Source: Pseudomonadota bacterium (GTDB lineage: Bacteria > Desulfobacterota > Desulfobacteria > Desulfobacterales > UBA2156). Taken from it: a DNA stretch of 61,310 nt. The stretch spans positions 1 through 61,310 of the forward strand of contig JAZDGS010000023.1 of assembly GCA_043806755.1 (NCBI GenBank). Reading direction: 5' to 3'. Shown piece after piece: positions 30,562-40,315 of the stretch. Each line of letters begins with the position of its first letter. The stretch's first letter is position 1. A program made the translations under genes and the position numbers. The notes below the pieces were generated by a model. That model was not told the DNA's origin. It saw only the letters and a program-made list of their open reading frames with translations, and did no database searches.

Positions 30562-31467
30562 CTAGCCGGCCTTGGTCGCCGACGGCCGGTACAGATACCC
30601 CACGAATGGAGCCTGGGTGACGACCTGATCCATGATGGAGCGGATGGAAGATTCCATCAGATATTTGAGCAAGGACAATTTTCTTTCCTTTGCATAAATC
30701 GATTTGACCTCTCCTTCAATGCCCCCTAGCTTACCGGCCCATTCCACGGCATCTTCCAGATTTCCGATGCGGTCCACTAGGCCCAGTGCTTTTGCCTCTT
30801 CGCCGGTAAGAATTCTGCCATCGGCGATGGCTTCCACCCGTTGCTTGTCGATTTTCCTTCCTTTGGCCACATCTTCGACAAATTGCCGGTGGATCTGCTT
30901 CACGAAGCCCTGAAGCATCTGCCTTTCTTTCTTCGTCATTTCCCGGACCGGGGAGCCGGTGTCCTTGAATTCACCACTCTTGATGACGATGGGGACAAGT
31001 CCGACTTTCTCAAGAAGCTTCTGGAAATTCGTAAAACCCATGATCACGCCGATGCTCCCGGTAATCGTTCCCGGGCTGGCGACGATCCCATCCGTCGCCG
31101 AGGCGATATAGTAACCGCCGGAAGCGGCAATCCCCCCCATGGAAGCAATCACTTTTTTTCTCTCTATCGTCTTTTGGATCTCCCTGTAGATTTCCTGAGA
31201 GGGTCCGACGCCGCCGCCCGGAGAATTGATCCGCAGGACAATGGCTTTGATCGATTCATCCTTCCGAAATCGATTCAGCGGCTCGATGATCTCCCTGGAG
31301 TCGGAAATGACGCCGGAAACTTCAACCACTCCGACTTTTTCACCGAAATCCAGATCCGAGTCCATGCTCGAAACCACAATCAGAATGGATGTACCGAGGA
31401 TGAAAGCGGCGGAAACAGAGCTAAAAACCAGTATAAAAAACAGGTACGGATGCCTTCTCGAGAACAT
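30562..31467 (-). CDS. sppA: Signal peptide peptidase SppA (S49)
   Basis: INSPGGGV, AASGGYYIA, TGSIGV, KSGEFKD and GLVDRIG motifs. Confidence 0.95.
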   Translation of the reverse strand: MFSRRHPYLFFILVFSSVSAAFILGTSILIVVSSMDSDLDFGEKVGVVEVSGVISDSREIIEPLNRFRKDESIKAIVLRINSPGGGVGPSQEIYREIQKTIERKKVIASMGGIAASGGYYIASATDGIVASPGTITGSIGVIMGFTNFQKLLEKVGLVPIVIKSGEFKDTGSPVREMTKKERQMLQGFVKQIHRQFVEDVAKGRKIDKQRVEAIADGRILTGEEAKALGLVDRIGNLEDAVEWAGKLGGIEGEVKSIYAKERKLSLLKYLMESSIRSIMDQVVTQAPFVGYLYRPSATKAG

Positions 31468-31486
31468 CGTAATCCCCGTCCTGAAA

Positions 31487-33331
31487 TTATTCGCCCTTTA
31501 ACTTTTCCTGCAGATTGTTTCTCAGAAGCTCTCCGAGTTTGGATGTCGCAGGCCCCATATTGTTGACATATTCGCTCAAAAGGGACTGCTCGCTTTCGAT
31601 TTCCAGTCGTTTGATCGAAAGGCCGATCCGTCGTTCTTCCCCATTGATGTTCATTACCTTGGCAGTAATGGCGTCACCTACCTTGAATCGACCGATGGGG
31701 CTTTTGATCTTCTCTTTGCTGATTTCGGAAACATGAACGAGCCCTTCAATCCCTTCCTCAAGTTCAACAAAAACCCCGAAGTCGGTCAGGTTTGTGATCG
31801 TTCCTGTAATTTCTTTTCCGACTTCATACCGCTTTTCCACGGTCGACCACGGGTCCGGCTGGAGCTGTTTAATTCCGAGGGAGAAGCGTTCGTTTCCTTT
31901 TTCAATATCCAGGACTTTAGCTTGAACCAAATCTCCTTTTTTATACAACTCGGAAGGATGCTTAATCCTCTTGGTCCACGACAAATCGGAAATATGAACC
32001 AGGCCGTCGATCCCTTCATCGATTCCGATGAAAATACCGAAATCGGTGATATTTTTGATTTTACCTTCAATGACGGTTCCGACCGGGTATTTTTCGCTGA
32101 TGACATCCCATGGGTTGGGGACAACCTGTTTCATTCCAAGAGAAATACGACGGCTCTCCGGTTTGATGTCCAGCACAACGGCTTCAATCGCTTCCCCGAC
32201 CGAAACCACTTTTGACGGATGCCGGACTTTGCGGGTCCACGACATCTCCGACACATGGATCAACCCCTCGACACCTTCTTCGAGTTCCACAAATGCCCCG
32301 TAATCGGTTAAACTCACCACCTTCCCCTTAACGCGGGATCCCACTGCATACTTTTCAGCCGCGTTGAGCCATGGGTCCTGACTCAATTGCTTCATCCCCA
32401 GAGAAACCCTCTCCCGCTCAAGGTCAAGGTTTAAAATCTTGACCTGAATTCTGTTTCCGATGGCAAAAAGCTCCGAAGGATGCTTGACCCGCCCCCACGA
32501 GATATCGGTGATGTGCAGCAGTCCGTCCACACCTCCCAGATCCACGAATACTCCATATTCGGTGATGTTCTTGACAATCCCATCCATGACTTTTCCTTCA
32601 TGGATGGATGCCAGTGTGGCAGCCCGCTTGGAAACGGCTTCCTGTTCGAGGATGACCCGCCGGGAAAGGACCACGTTGCTCCGCTTCCGATTGTATTTCA
32701 ATACTTTAAACTGAAATGTTTTTCCTACCATCTCATCCAGGTTGTGGATAGGCCGCAAATCGGCCTGGGATCCCGGAAGAAAGGCCTGAACACCGACTTC
32801 CACCGTGAATCCGCCTCTCACTCTCCCTACGATCATCCCCTTGACGGTTCCATCGGTATCGTGCGCCTGTTTGATCTCTTCCCAAACCTTAACTTTCTCG
32901 GCCTTTTCCTTAGACAGAATGACGACTTCTTCATCATCATCCCACCATTCCACCATCACTTCGACGGAATCCCCGATTCTGGCGTTCGGTTGCCCCTTTT
33001 CGTCCATGAATTCGTTGATGGGGATCTGTCCTTCCGATTTATATCCGATATCGACCAAGACATGATCCTTGTCTACCGATAGGATCCGTCCGGTGACGAT
33101 TTCTCCTTCTTCAAATCTTCTGAAGCTTTCTTCATAAAGGCCCTCCAGGTCCGCCGCATCCTTTGAATATGCCGGGATCCCTTTGGATGATTGATTTTCC
33201 ATAGCGGATTCCATTTTGTCGGCCTGAAGTTGCTCCGGGTTGGCGACGTCCGATGATGGATCGGAGTTGGAACTGGATGTTACGGTCTGTTGAATCGGTT
33301 TTGCGATTGGTTCAGTGTCACGAGTTTCCAT
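31487..33331 (-). CDS. rpsA: 30S ribosomal protein S1
   Basis: Six S1 repeats (DIGYKSEG, FLPGSQ, DGLLHITDISW, EGLIHVSEMSW and others), with a low-complexity N-terminal extension. Confidence 0.98.
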   Translation of the reverse strand: METRDTEPIAKPIQQTVTSSSNSDPSSDVANPEQLQADKMESAMENQSSKGIPAYSKDAADLEGLYEESFRRFEEGEIVTGRILSVDKDHVLVDIGYKSEGQIPINEFMDEKGQPNARIGDSVEVMVEWWDDDEEVVILSKEKAEKVKVWEEIKQAHDTDGTVKGMIVGRVRGGFTVEVGVQAFLPGSQADLRPIHNLDEMVGKTFQFKVLKYNRKRSNVVLSRRVILEQEAVSKRAATLASIHEGKVMDGIVKNITEYGVFVDLGGVDGLLHITDISWGRVKHPSELFAIGNRIQVKILNLDLERERVSLGMKQLSQDPWLNAAEKYAVGSRVKGKVVSLTDYGAFVELEEGVEGLIHVSEMSWTRKVRHPSKVVSVGEAIEAVVLDIKPESRRISLGMKQVVPNPWDVISEKYPVGTVIEGKIKNITDFGIFIGIDEGIDGLVHISDLSWTKRIKHPSELYKKGDLVQAKVLDIEKGNERFSLGIKQLQPDPWSTVEKRYEVGKEITGTITNLTDFGVFVELEEGIEGLVHVSEISKEKIKSPIGRFKVGDAITAKVMNINGEERRIGLSIKRLEIESEQSLLSEYVNNMGPATSKLGELLRNNLQEKLKGE

Positions 33332-33437
33332 GAAACGGTATTCCCCCTTGCCCTATATTAAAACGATGGATGCACTATTGAAAGCGCATGTATCTTTTAT
33401 CTGTTAACAGGCTTATTTTCAAAAAACAATCATTATT

Positions 33438-34154
33438 TTATGAAAACGCATTAAAAAAGGCGGCGTTTTTTTCAATTTTCCTGATGCAGGCGATCATCGT
33501 ATCGACGACCTCATCGAGTGTAAGCCGGCTCGAATCGATCCGGATCGCATCTTTCGCCGGTTTCAGCGGAGAAAGGGCTCTGGTCCGATCCTTTTCATCC
33601 CTCTTTTTCAAATCGGTTTCCACTTCCTCAAGGGTCTGGGTTATATGTTTTCTCAGTTCATCATATCGCCGTTTCGCCCTGATCTTAAGGGATGCATCAA
33701 GGTAAAACTTGACGTCGGCATCCGGGAAGACAACGGTCCCCATGTCCCGTCCTTCAAAAACAGCCCTTTTATGTTCCGCCAGCCTTCGCTGCAGCGTTAG
33801 AAGGTAGCTTCTGACCGAGGGTTGGGCCGAAGCCGTCGACGCATCCATGGCGATTTCAGAAGTGCGGATCGACTCAGCGATGTCTTTTCCACCGGATATG
33901 AGGCGCAAGCCGGACTCGCTGATCGAAAAAGACAAGTCCAGGCCGGCACAGAGGCATTTCAGCCCTTCGTCGTCGTTCGGCCTGATCCCGGCCCTCTTCG
34001 CTTCATAGGCAACACTCCGGTAGAGCGCTCCGGTATCGATATAGTTGTACCCCAGCCGTTTTGCCAGAGCACGCCCGGCCGTCGATTTGCCGGCACCGGC
34101 CGGGCCGTCAACGGTAATAAGAAGCGCTTCCGTGACTTCATCTTCTCTTTTCAC
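33438..34154 (-). CDS. cmk: Cytidylate kinase
   Basis: ITVDGPAGAGKST, DTGALYR, EGRDMGTVVFPDA and RDEKDRTR motifs. Probable GTG start at 34154. Confidence 0.95.
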   Translation of the reverse strand: MKREDEVTEALLITVDGPAGAGKSTAGRALAKRLGYNYIDTGALYRSVAYEAKRAGIRPNDDEGLKCLCAGLDLSFSISESGLRLISGGKDIAESIRTSEIAMDASTASAQPSVRSYLLTLQRRLAEHKRAVFEGRDMGTVVFPDADVKFYLDASLKIRAKRRYDELRKHITQTLEEVETDLKKRDEKDRTRALSPLKPAKDAIRIDSSRLTLDEVVDTMIACIRKIEKNAAFFNAFS

Positions 34155-34161
34155 GTAAGGA

Positions 34162-35322
34162 TCACCGGAGGTTCTTAAGTGCTTCGATGAACCGGATATT
34201 CTGGTCATGCAGTCCAACACTCACCCGTATATAGTTCGGATAACCGTATGACGTCATGGATCTCACAATGATCCCTTTTTTAAGCATTTCCGCGAACATC
34301 TCGTCCGCGTTACCCTCCACGTCCAACAGCAGGTAATTGGCCTGCGTCGGAAAATAGCGAACCCCAAGAGTGCTTAACGATTCATATAAAAAATCGATTT
34401 CGGAATGCACCAGCGCAACGGTTTTTTCAACAAAGGATAGGTCATCAAGGGCGGCTGAAGCGGCGGCCTGGGCAAGGGAGTTCGCATTGAACGGCTGCCG
34501 GATCCGATTCAGAAGTTCGGCAATTTCAGGATCCATTACCCCGTAGCCGATCCGGAGCCCGGCAAGGCCGTACGCTTTGGAAAAAGTTCTGAGCGTCACC
34601 ACCGGCTTCCCCAAACCCTGATAATGGAGGCTGTTCAAACATCGATGATCCCTCACGAACTCGATGTATGCCTCATCGACGACGATCACTACCCCTTCCG
34701 GCACGGTGTTCAAAAAAGAGTCGAAATCGGTTTTGGAGATGATGGTTCCGGCCGGGTTGTGCGGATTGTTTAAAAAGATCATGCGGGTCTTCGGAGTGAT
34801 CCGGAGAGCCGTCCCTTTTAAATCCGTTTCATAACCGATCAGAGGGACCTCTCTTGGAAGAGCGCCGACGGAGCGGATCATGATGTCGTACATCAGAAAG
34901 GAGGGCCTGGGAAGAATCGCTTCATCCCCGCATCTCAAAAAGGCTTTGGCAAGCATTCCGATGATCTCATCCGAACCGTTCCCAAGGACGATGTTTTCAG
35001 GTGCCGCCCTTAACACTGTGGCAAGTTTTTCAACCAGCGCCTTTCCGCTCCCGTCCGGATATCGATTCAGATCCGGTAGGGCCTTGATGATGGCTTCAAC
35101 GGCCTTAGGCGACGGCCCCAGAGGGTTTTCGTTGGATGCCAGCTTGGCTGCCCCGATGATCCCGTATTCGCGTTCCACCTCCTCGATGGGTTTCCCAGGA
35201 GCGTAAGGTTGAATGGAACGGATATAATCCGGAACAATCAATTTTAATTTTTTACGATGTTGATTTCCCGGTTTCATCCTGTACACCGCCCCCAACTTCT
35301 CCCGACCGTCCGTCCCATTCAT
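34162..35322 (-). CDS. hisC: Histidinol-phosphate aminotransferase
   Basis: KLASNENPLGPS, GNGSDE, NNPHNPAG, DEAY and RTFSKAYGLAGLRIGY motifs. The true start may be some codons downstream. Confidence 0.93.
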   Translation of the reverse strand: MNGTDGREKLGAVYRMKPGNQHRKKLKLIVPDYIRSIQPYAPGKPIEEVEREYGIIGAAKLASNENPLGPSPKAVEAIIKALPDLNRYPDGSGKALVEKLATVLRAAPENIVLGNGSDEIIGMLAKAFLRCGDEAILPRPSFLMYDIMIRSVGALPREVPLIGYETDLKGTALRITPKTRMIFLNNPHNPAGTIISKTDFDSFLNTVPEGVVIVVDEAYIEFVRDHRCLNSLHYQGLGKPVVTLRTFSKAYGLAGLRIGYGVMDPEIAELLNRIRQPFNANSLAQAAASAALDDLSFVEKTVALVHSEIDFLYESLSTLGVRYFPTQANYLLLDVEGNADEMFAEMLKKGIIVRSMTSYGYPNYIRVSVGLHDQNIRFIEALKNLR

Positions 35323-35855
35323 GCCAGGGCGGCCTTCTTTCCTTCCTGCAAAGCGGCGAGGTTTAGCGGAATAAACTCTTTTTTCTTTTTAAATTCATTT
35401 CGCACCGCATTTTCCAGAATATCAAATTCGATGATCTTGCTCCTGGCAACAAAAGCCCCCAGCGCCACAATGTTGGCCGCCCTGACGCTTCCGAGCGTCT
35501 TGGCAATATCCGTCACCGGAATCCGGATTTCATCCACATCCTTCCGGCCGGACGGGATCGGTATCAGGGAGTTGTTGATGAGAATAACGCCTCCGGGTTT
35601 GATCACATGGGCAAACTTTTCCAGGGAGGGTCTGTTCATGGCAACCAGGTGCATCGGATTCCGGATGATGGGGGATCCGATCGGCCGGTCGCTGATGACG
35701 ACCGTGCAATAGGCCGTTCCCCCGCGCATTTCCGGCCCATACGACGGAACCCAGGCCACCTCCATCCCCTTATCCATTGCAGCCTCTGCCAGGATCTTCC
35801 CGCTTAACAGAATCCCCTGCCCTCCAAAGCCGGCAAACATCACTTCGCTTTGCAT
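35319..35855 (-). CDS. 2-oxoacid:acceptor oxidoreductase gamma subunit
   Basis: FAGFGGQGI, PSYGPEMRGG and NIVALGA motifs. Confidence 0.93.
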   Translation of the reverse strand: MQSEVMFAGFGGQGILLSGKILAEAAMDKGMEVAWVPSYGPEMRGGTAYCTVVISDRPIGSPIIRNPMHLVAMNRPSLEKFAHVIKPGGVILINNSLIPIPSGRKDVDEIRIPVTDIAKTLGSVRAANIVALGAFVARSKIIEFDILENAVRNEFKKKKEFIPLNLAALQEGKKAALA

Positions 35856-36613
35856 CAGTCCTCCTTGTCCTTGATCGGATCCGGAGATTTTTTATCCCCC
35901 AACTGATAATAAGGATGCATGACGTCTTCCGCCCATTGAACCGCTTCAACGGGCGTCATCCCCCAGTTGGTGGGACAAGTGCTCACCATTTCCACCAGGC
36001 TGAAACACCGCTTTTCGATCTGGTACTGGAAGGCCCTCTTGATCGCCTTTTTGGCGCGAACCACATATTTCGGCTTAATGACCGATTGTCTCGAAATGAA
36101 TGCCGGGGTTTCAAGAGCGGAAATCAGTTCGGCTACTTTGATCGGCATTCCGACTTCTTCCACGTTCCGCCCAAAAGGGCTGGTGGTGGTCCGCTGGTTG
36201 GGCATGGTCGTCGGAGCCATCTGTCCTCCGGTCATGCCGTAGACGGTGTTATTGACGAAAATGGTCGTAAACTTCTCTCCCCGATTGGCGGCGTGGATGA
36301 TTTCAGCCATGCCGATGCTCGCTAGGTCGCCGTCCCCCTGATATGTAAAAACGATTAAATCCGGCCGGACCCGCTTAATCCCTGTGGCCATGGCCGGCGC
36401 CCGCCCGTGAGCCGCCTCCTGAAAATCAAATGTAAAGTAGTTATACGCCAAAACCGCGCATCCCACCGGTGCGATGCCGACGGTCCGTCCTCGCACCCCG
36501 AGTTCATCGATGACTTCCGCCACCAGCCGGTGAATTACGCCGTGGGTGCATCCCGGACAATAATGCGTTACATGATCCGAAAGGGATACCGGTTTAAGAA
36601 ATATTTTCCCCAT
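35855..36613 (-). CDS. 2-oxoacid:acceptor oxidoreductase beta (TPP-binding) subunit
   Basis: YCPGCTHG, VGC, AHGRA, YQGDGD, NNTVYGMTGGQ and CPTNW motifs. Confidence 0.93.
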   Translation of the reverse strand: MGKIFLKPVSLSDHVTHYCPGCTHGVIHRLVAEVIDELGVRGRTVGIAPVGCAVLAYNYFTFDFQEAAHGRAPAMATGIKRVRPDLIVFTYQGDGDLASIGMAEIIHAANRGEKFTTIFVNNTVYGMTGGQMAPTTMPNQRTTTSPFGRNVEEVGMPIKVAELISALETPAFISRQSVIKPKYVVRAKKAIKRAFQYQIEKRCFSLVEMVSTCPTNWGMTPVEAVQWAEDVMHPYYQLGDKKSPDPIKDKED

Positions 36614-36650
36614 GTTTCAAACTCCTTCGCTCCATCAGAACGATTCGATG

Positions 36651-37721
36651 TCACTTGACCAGTGCCTTTACTGCTTCCATCACCTCTTCAGGTGTCGGGA
36701 CCTCCCCTCCACATTTTCCGAACCAGTGAACCGGCCGCTTTCCTCTCACGCTTCGTTCCACATCTTCCACCATCTGCCCCATGCTCATTTCGATGCTGAT
36801 CACCTGTTCGCAGCTTTCCTTTTCCGAAGCAACCAGTACCGCCTGTTCCGGAAACGGAAAGACCGTCTTCGGCCGCACCATGGCGACATCCAGATGTTGA
36901 GACCTGAGCTCGTCGATGGCCGTCCGGCAGACCCGGCTCATGGTGCCGTAGCTGACGATCAGTACGCGGTAATCCGATTCGGTATGATAGGTCTCATATC
37001 TGATTTCTTCCCGCTTCATCCGATCGTACTTGGCTTTTAATTTCAAATTGTGGGAATTCAGCTCCTCCGGATCAAGATAGAGCGATTTCACCAGGTTCCG
37101 GCGATTGCTCTTTCGGGTATCCATTCCATTAGTGGCCCATTCGTCCTTGTTGGACGGTTCGGTTTTAAGGTGATCCGGAAATTCGACCGGTTCCATCATC
37201 TGGCCGATCAGTCCGTCTCCAAGAATCATGACCGGATTTCGGTACTTTTCCGCCAGCGGGAATGCGGTCATCACCATCTCTGCGGCCTCCTGAACCGATG
37301 CGGGGGCCATCACCAGCATGCGATAATCGCCGTGGCCGGCTCCTTTGGTCGCCTGAAGATAATCGGCCTGAGACGGCAGGATGCCCCCTAAACCCGGACC
37401 TCCCCGCATGATATTGACAAAAACCGCCGGACATTCGCCGCCTGCGATATAACTCATCCCTTCGGCCATCAGGCTGATTCCGGGGCTTGAAGAAGTGGTG
37501 AAGACCCGTTCACCGCAAGCTGAGGCTCCGAAAATCATGTAAGAGACCGCCACTTCGCTTTCACCCTGGAGAAAAACACCTCCCGCTTCAGGCATACGGC
37601 GGGCCAAATACTCCGCCACCTCCGACTGAGGCGTGATCGGGTAGGCGAAATAATTCAAGCAACCGGCTCGAATGGCCGCTTCGCCGATCGCCTCGTTTCC
37701 TTTCATTAAGACCTTACCCAT
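36651..37721 (-). CDS. 2-oxoacid:acceptor oxidoreductase alpha subunit (VorB-like, 2-oxoisovalerate type)
   Basis: MKGNEAIGEAA, YPITPQSE, TSSSPGISL and RGGPGLG motifs. Confidence 0.92.
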   Translation of the reverse strand: MGKVLMKGNEAIGEAAIRAGCLNYFAYPITPQSEVAEYLARRMPEAGGVFLQGESEVAVSYMIFGASACGERVFTTSSSPGISLMAEGMSYIAGGECPAVFVNIMRGGPGLGGILPSQADYLQATKGAGHGDYRMLVMAPASVQEAAEMVMTAFPLAEKYRNPVMILGDGLIGQMMEPVEFPDHLKTEPSNKDEWATNGMDTRKSNRRNLVKSLYLDPEELNSHNLKLKAKYDRMKREEIRYETYHTESDYRVLIVSYGTMSRVCRTAIDELRSQHLDVAMVRPKTVFPFPEQAVLVASEKESCEQVISIEMSMGQMVEDVERSVRGKRPVHWFGKCGGEVPTPEEVMEAVKALVK

Positions 37722-37748
37722 TTTCTTCCTTTCTGCTGTTGTTTCCGG

Positions 37749-37973
37749 CTAAGCCGCTTTATCGGCGATTTTAACGATAGTGATCGCCACATCAGGGCAC
37801 ATGATGCAACAGGTCGTGCAAAAAATACAATCCTCCGGCCGCGCCTGAAATGCCGGAAAGTACCCCTTTGTATTGACCTGAGGGGAAATCTCCAATACGT
37901 TTTTAGGGCAAACCGTGATGCACAGACCGCACCCTTTGCATCGATTCGCATCAATCGTGTGCTTGAATGCCAT
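37749..37973 (-). CDS. 2x[4Fe-4S] ferredoxin-type delta subunit
   Basis: CKGCGLCITVCP and CIFCTTCCIMCP motifs; first gene of the oxidoreductase block. Confidence 0.93.
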   Translation of the reverse strand: MAFKHTIDANRCKGCGLCITVCPKNVLEISPQVNTKGYFPAFQARPEDCIFCTTCCIMCPDVAITIVKIADKAA

Positions 37974-38024
37974 TGAACACCGAACTCCTTTCTTTTTACT
38001 CTATCGTCCGTTAATCCTTTGATT

Positions 38025-38141
38025 GAAGCTCCCTGCAGCAAGCTGCAGGGAGTCTTCGACTGTGAGGAATTTTAGCTAATTTTTTATTCGCTCGCTAACC
38101 CCGCAACAGGCTGCGGGGAATGCGCTCGCTGTTTCAGTTCA
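38025..38141. repeat. Short double-hairpin palindromic element (possible miniature IS200/IS605-derived element)
   Basis: Hairpin GAAG-CTCCCTGCAGC-AA-GCTGCAGGGAG-T-CTTC at 38025-38057; related hairpin CCCCGCA...TGCGGGG at 38099-38118, flanked by the direct repeat CGCTCGCT. Confidence 0.65.
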
Positions 38142-38160
38142 GGTATGTCACATGCCGCTC

Positions 38161-38907
38161 TCACTCAAACCTCGCCGCCCGATTCCAGGGTGGTACCATC
38201 TGCCTTTCAATCATGAGCACCGGGCATGAGAACCGATGCAAATCGATTTGACAGGCCAGTTCCCTGGAAATCGCAATGAATTTAACGGGAAGGTTGGTTT
38301 TTTCAGAGAGCATGGCGACAAACTCGTACCCCCGTTCGATATCCTCCACCCGGGTTTCTTCAATGAGATTGGCGTTTCCAATGACCCCGGTGATAGACAG
38401 CCTTGATGCATTTTCGATCCCTGCCCTGATTTTCAGGCATCCCTCGATGGTTTCCGTAAACGGCCTAAACGGGTTGATCACCTGAAGCATATGAAACGGT
38501 TTTGTTGTGGCCGACAGCGCCCGGAAGGCATCCGACAGAGCGGCTAGAACAGTGGCTCCGGCCGAATCACCCCCCACATCGAGAATCGATATCTGGGCTG
38601 GATTTCGGATTAAACCGGCGATGGCCGGCGTCAGGATCGGAAGATCCGCCTGCAGGTATTGTTCCGGCGGAATGACGACCCGGATACCCAGTTCCGAAAG
38701 CGCCCTTCTTGCCTCCCGAGCCCGGAAGTAAGGGTTCACCAGATCCAAATCCGCAATGGTTACATCCATTCCGGCCTTTTTCCGGTTGACGGCCAGATTG
38801 ACGGCGACCTCGGTTTTCCCGCTTCCGTAATTACCGACGATGACCACCATCCCTTCCAATCGGATAGGAAATCCGGCCCGGATCGTATCGTCGGTTGAAT
38901 TGTCCAT
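38161..38907 (-). CDS. P-loop NTPase (MinD/CobQ-like) preceding the oxidoreductase operon
   Basis: GNYGSGKTE (Walker A), ADLDLVNPYFR and LDVGGD motifs. Confidence 0.85.
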   Translation of the reverse strand: MDNSTDDTIRAGFPIRLEGMVVIVGNYGSGKTEVAVNLAVNRKKAGMDVTIADLDLVNPYFRAREARRALSELGIRVVIPPEQYLQADLPILTPAIAGLIRNPAQISILDVGGDSAGATVLAALSDAFRALSATTKPFHMLQVINPFRPFTETIEGCLKIRAGIENASRLSITGVIGNANLIEETRVEDIERGYEFVAMLSEKTNLPVKFIAISRELACQIDLHRFSCPVLMIERQMVPPWNRAARFE

Positions 38908-38964
38908 AAAATAGATTCCTTGCGGACTGCTGCATCAGCAATCCTTAAAAAGTTTAAACGTTTA

Positions 38965-38993
38965 TATCTATTTTTTGAAAACGACCTTGTCAA
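38965..38993 (-). promoter_or_regulatory. Putative sigma70 promoter for the NTPase-oxidoreductase operon
   Basis: TTGACA-17 nt-TAGATA on the minus strand. Confidence 0.65.
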
Positions 38994-39120
38994 GATCTTT
39001 CAGGGCATTTCAATCCGCTCAATCAAAGTGCTTTTTATTTTCCGCTTTCCGCCCGGTGTCGCATGTGATACTTTCCCTGAAACTCTTTCACCAATTGAAC
39101 GACAAGGAGATAACCGCCGG

Positions 39121-40296
39121 ATGAATCGTGTTGAAACCGGACTTGAGCGATTGATCGGTTCGCCGCCCGATTGGATGGCAAAAAAACGGATCGGCCTGTT
39201 ATGTAATCCCGCTTCCGTTGACCGGTGGTTCAATCATTCCCGAAAATTGATTGCAGAGGCGTTTCCGGGGCAGGTCATCCAGCTCTATTCCCCTCAGCAT
39301 GGATTTTTTTCCGAAAAACAGGACAACATGCTCGAATCAGAGGACATGCTCGATCCCCTTCTCCAGATTCCGGTTTACAGCCTGTATGGCAAAACCCGAG
39401 TCCCGGATAAAAACACGATGGATCGGATCGATCTTCTCATCGTTGACCTTCAGGATGCCGGATGCCGCGTTTACACATTTATTTACACGATGTCGTATTG
39501 CATGGAGGTCGCCAGGGAACTAGGAAAAAAAGTTCTGGTTCTGGATCGGCCCAACCCGATCGGAGGCGTGTCGGTTGAAGGGAACTGTCTGAATCCGGCT
39601 TTCTCCTCGTTTGTGGGCCGATACCCCATCCCGATGCGCCATGGGCTGACCATCGGCGAGATCGCACTCCTTTTCAACCATCATTTTTCCATCGGATGCG
39701 ATTTATCGGTTCTTCCCATGAAGGGGTGGAAACGGCGCATGTACTTTGCCGATACCGGGTTGCCGTGGGTCCTCCCTTCTCCGAACCTCCCTTCCCCGAT
39801 CTCCGCCATGGTCTACCCCGGACAAGTCATATGGGAAGGGACAAACGCATCCGAAGGGCGTGGCACCGCTCTTCCGTTTGAAGTCTTCGGCGCTCCGTAC
39901 ATCGATCCGGATGAGATCCTTTCGGCGTTGGGCGGCAACTCATTTTCCGGAATGGTGTTAAGGCCCCTGGCTTTTGAACCCACGTCGAATAAGTGGAAGG
40001 GGGTCTGTTGCCGCGGTTTTCAGATTCATGTGACCGATCCGGATCTCTTTTCCCCGTATGAGGCATCCCTGAAGATCATGCAGGCGGTCATGCTCAATTG
40101 CGGCGACCGGTTCGAATGGAAAAATCCGCCCTACGAATATGAGTTCGAGAAATTGCCGATTGATCTTATTTTGGGGGACCCGCAGATCCGTCAGTCTATT
40201 GAAAAAGCCGAACCGATCGAAGATATTGCCGAATCCTGGCGAAAGGATACGGAAGACTTCCGCCGGATCAGCCGCAGCATTTACCTTTATTCATGA
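39121..40296 (+). CDS. namZ: Exo-beta-N-acetylmuramidase NamZ-like (DUF1343)
   Basis: PQHG, YSLYG, DLQDAGCRVYTF, LDRPNP, HGLTIGE, PSPNLP and SEGRGT motifs. AAGGAG precedes the ATG at 39121. Confidence 0.88.
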   Translation: MNRVETGLERLIGSPPDWMAKKRIGLLCNPASVDRWFNHSRKLIAEAFPGQVIQLYSPQHGFFSEKQDNMLESEDMLDPLLQIPVYSLYGKTRVPDKNTMDRIDLLIVDLQDAGCRVYTFIYTMSYCMEVARELGKKVLVLDRPNPIGGVSVEGNCLNPAFSSFVGRYPIPMRHGLTIGEIALLFNHHFSIGCDLSVLPMKGWKRRMYFADTGLPWVLPSPNLPSPISAMVYPGQVIWEGTNASEGRGTALPFEVFGAPYIDPDEILSALGGNSFSGMVLRPLAFEPTSNKWKGVCCRGFQIHVTDPDLFSPYEASLKIMQAVMLNCGDRFEWKNPPYEYEFEKLPIDLILGDPQIRQSIEKAEPIEDIAESWRKDTEDFRRISRSIYLYS

Positions 40297-40315
40297 TAGG
40301 AACGGATTCGCCGAC

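Noticed and set aside
30841-33082. Long antisense ORFs (e.g. 30841..31566, 32480..33082; also 27502..28128, 47212..47991)
   Set aside because: They lie opposite well-supported genes and have no recognisable motifs; they are shadow ORFs.
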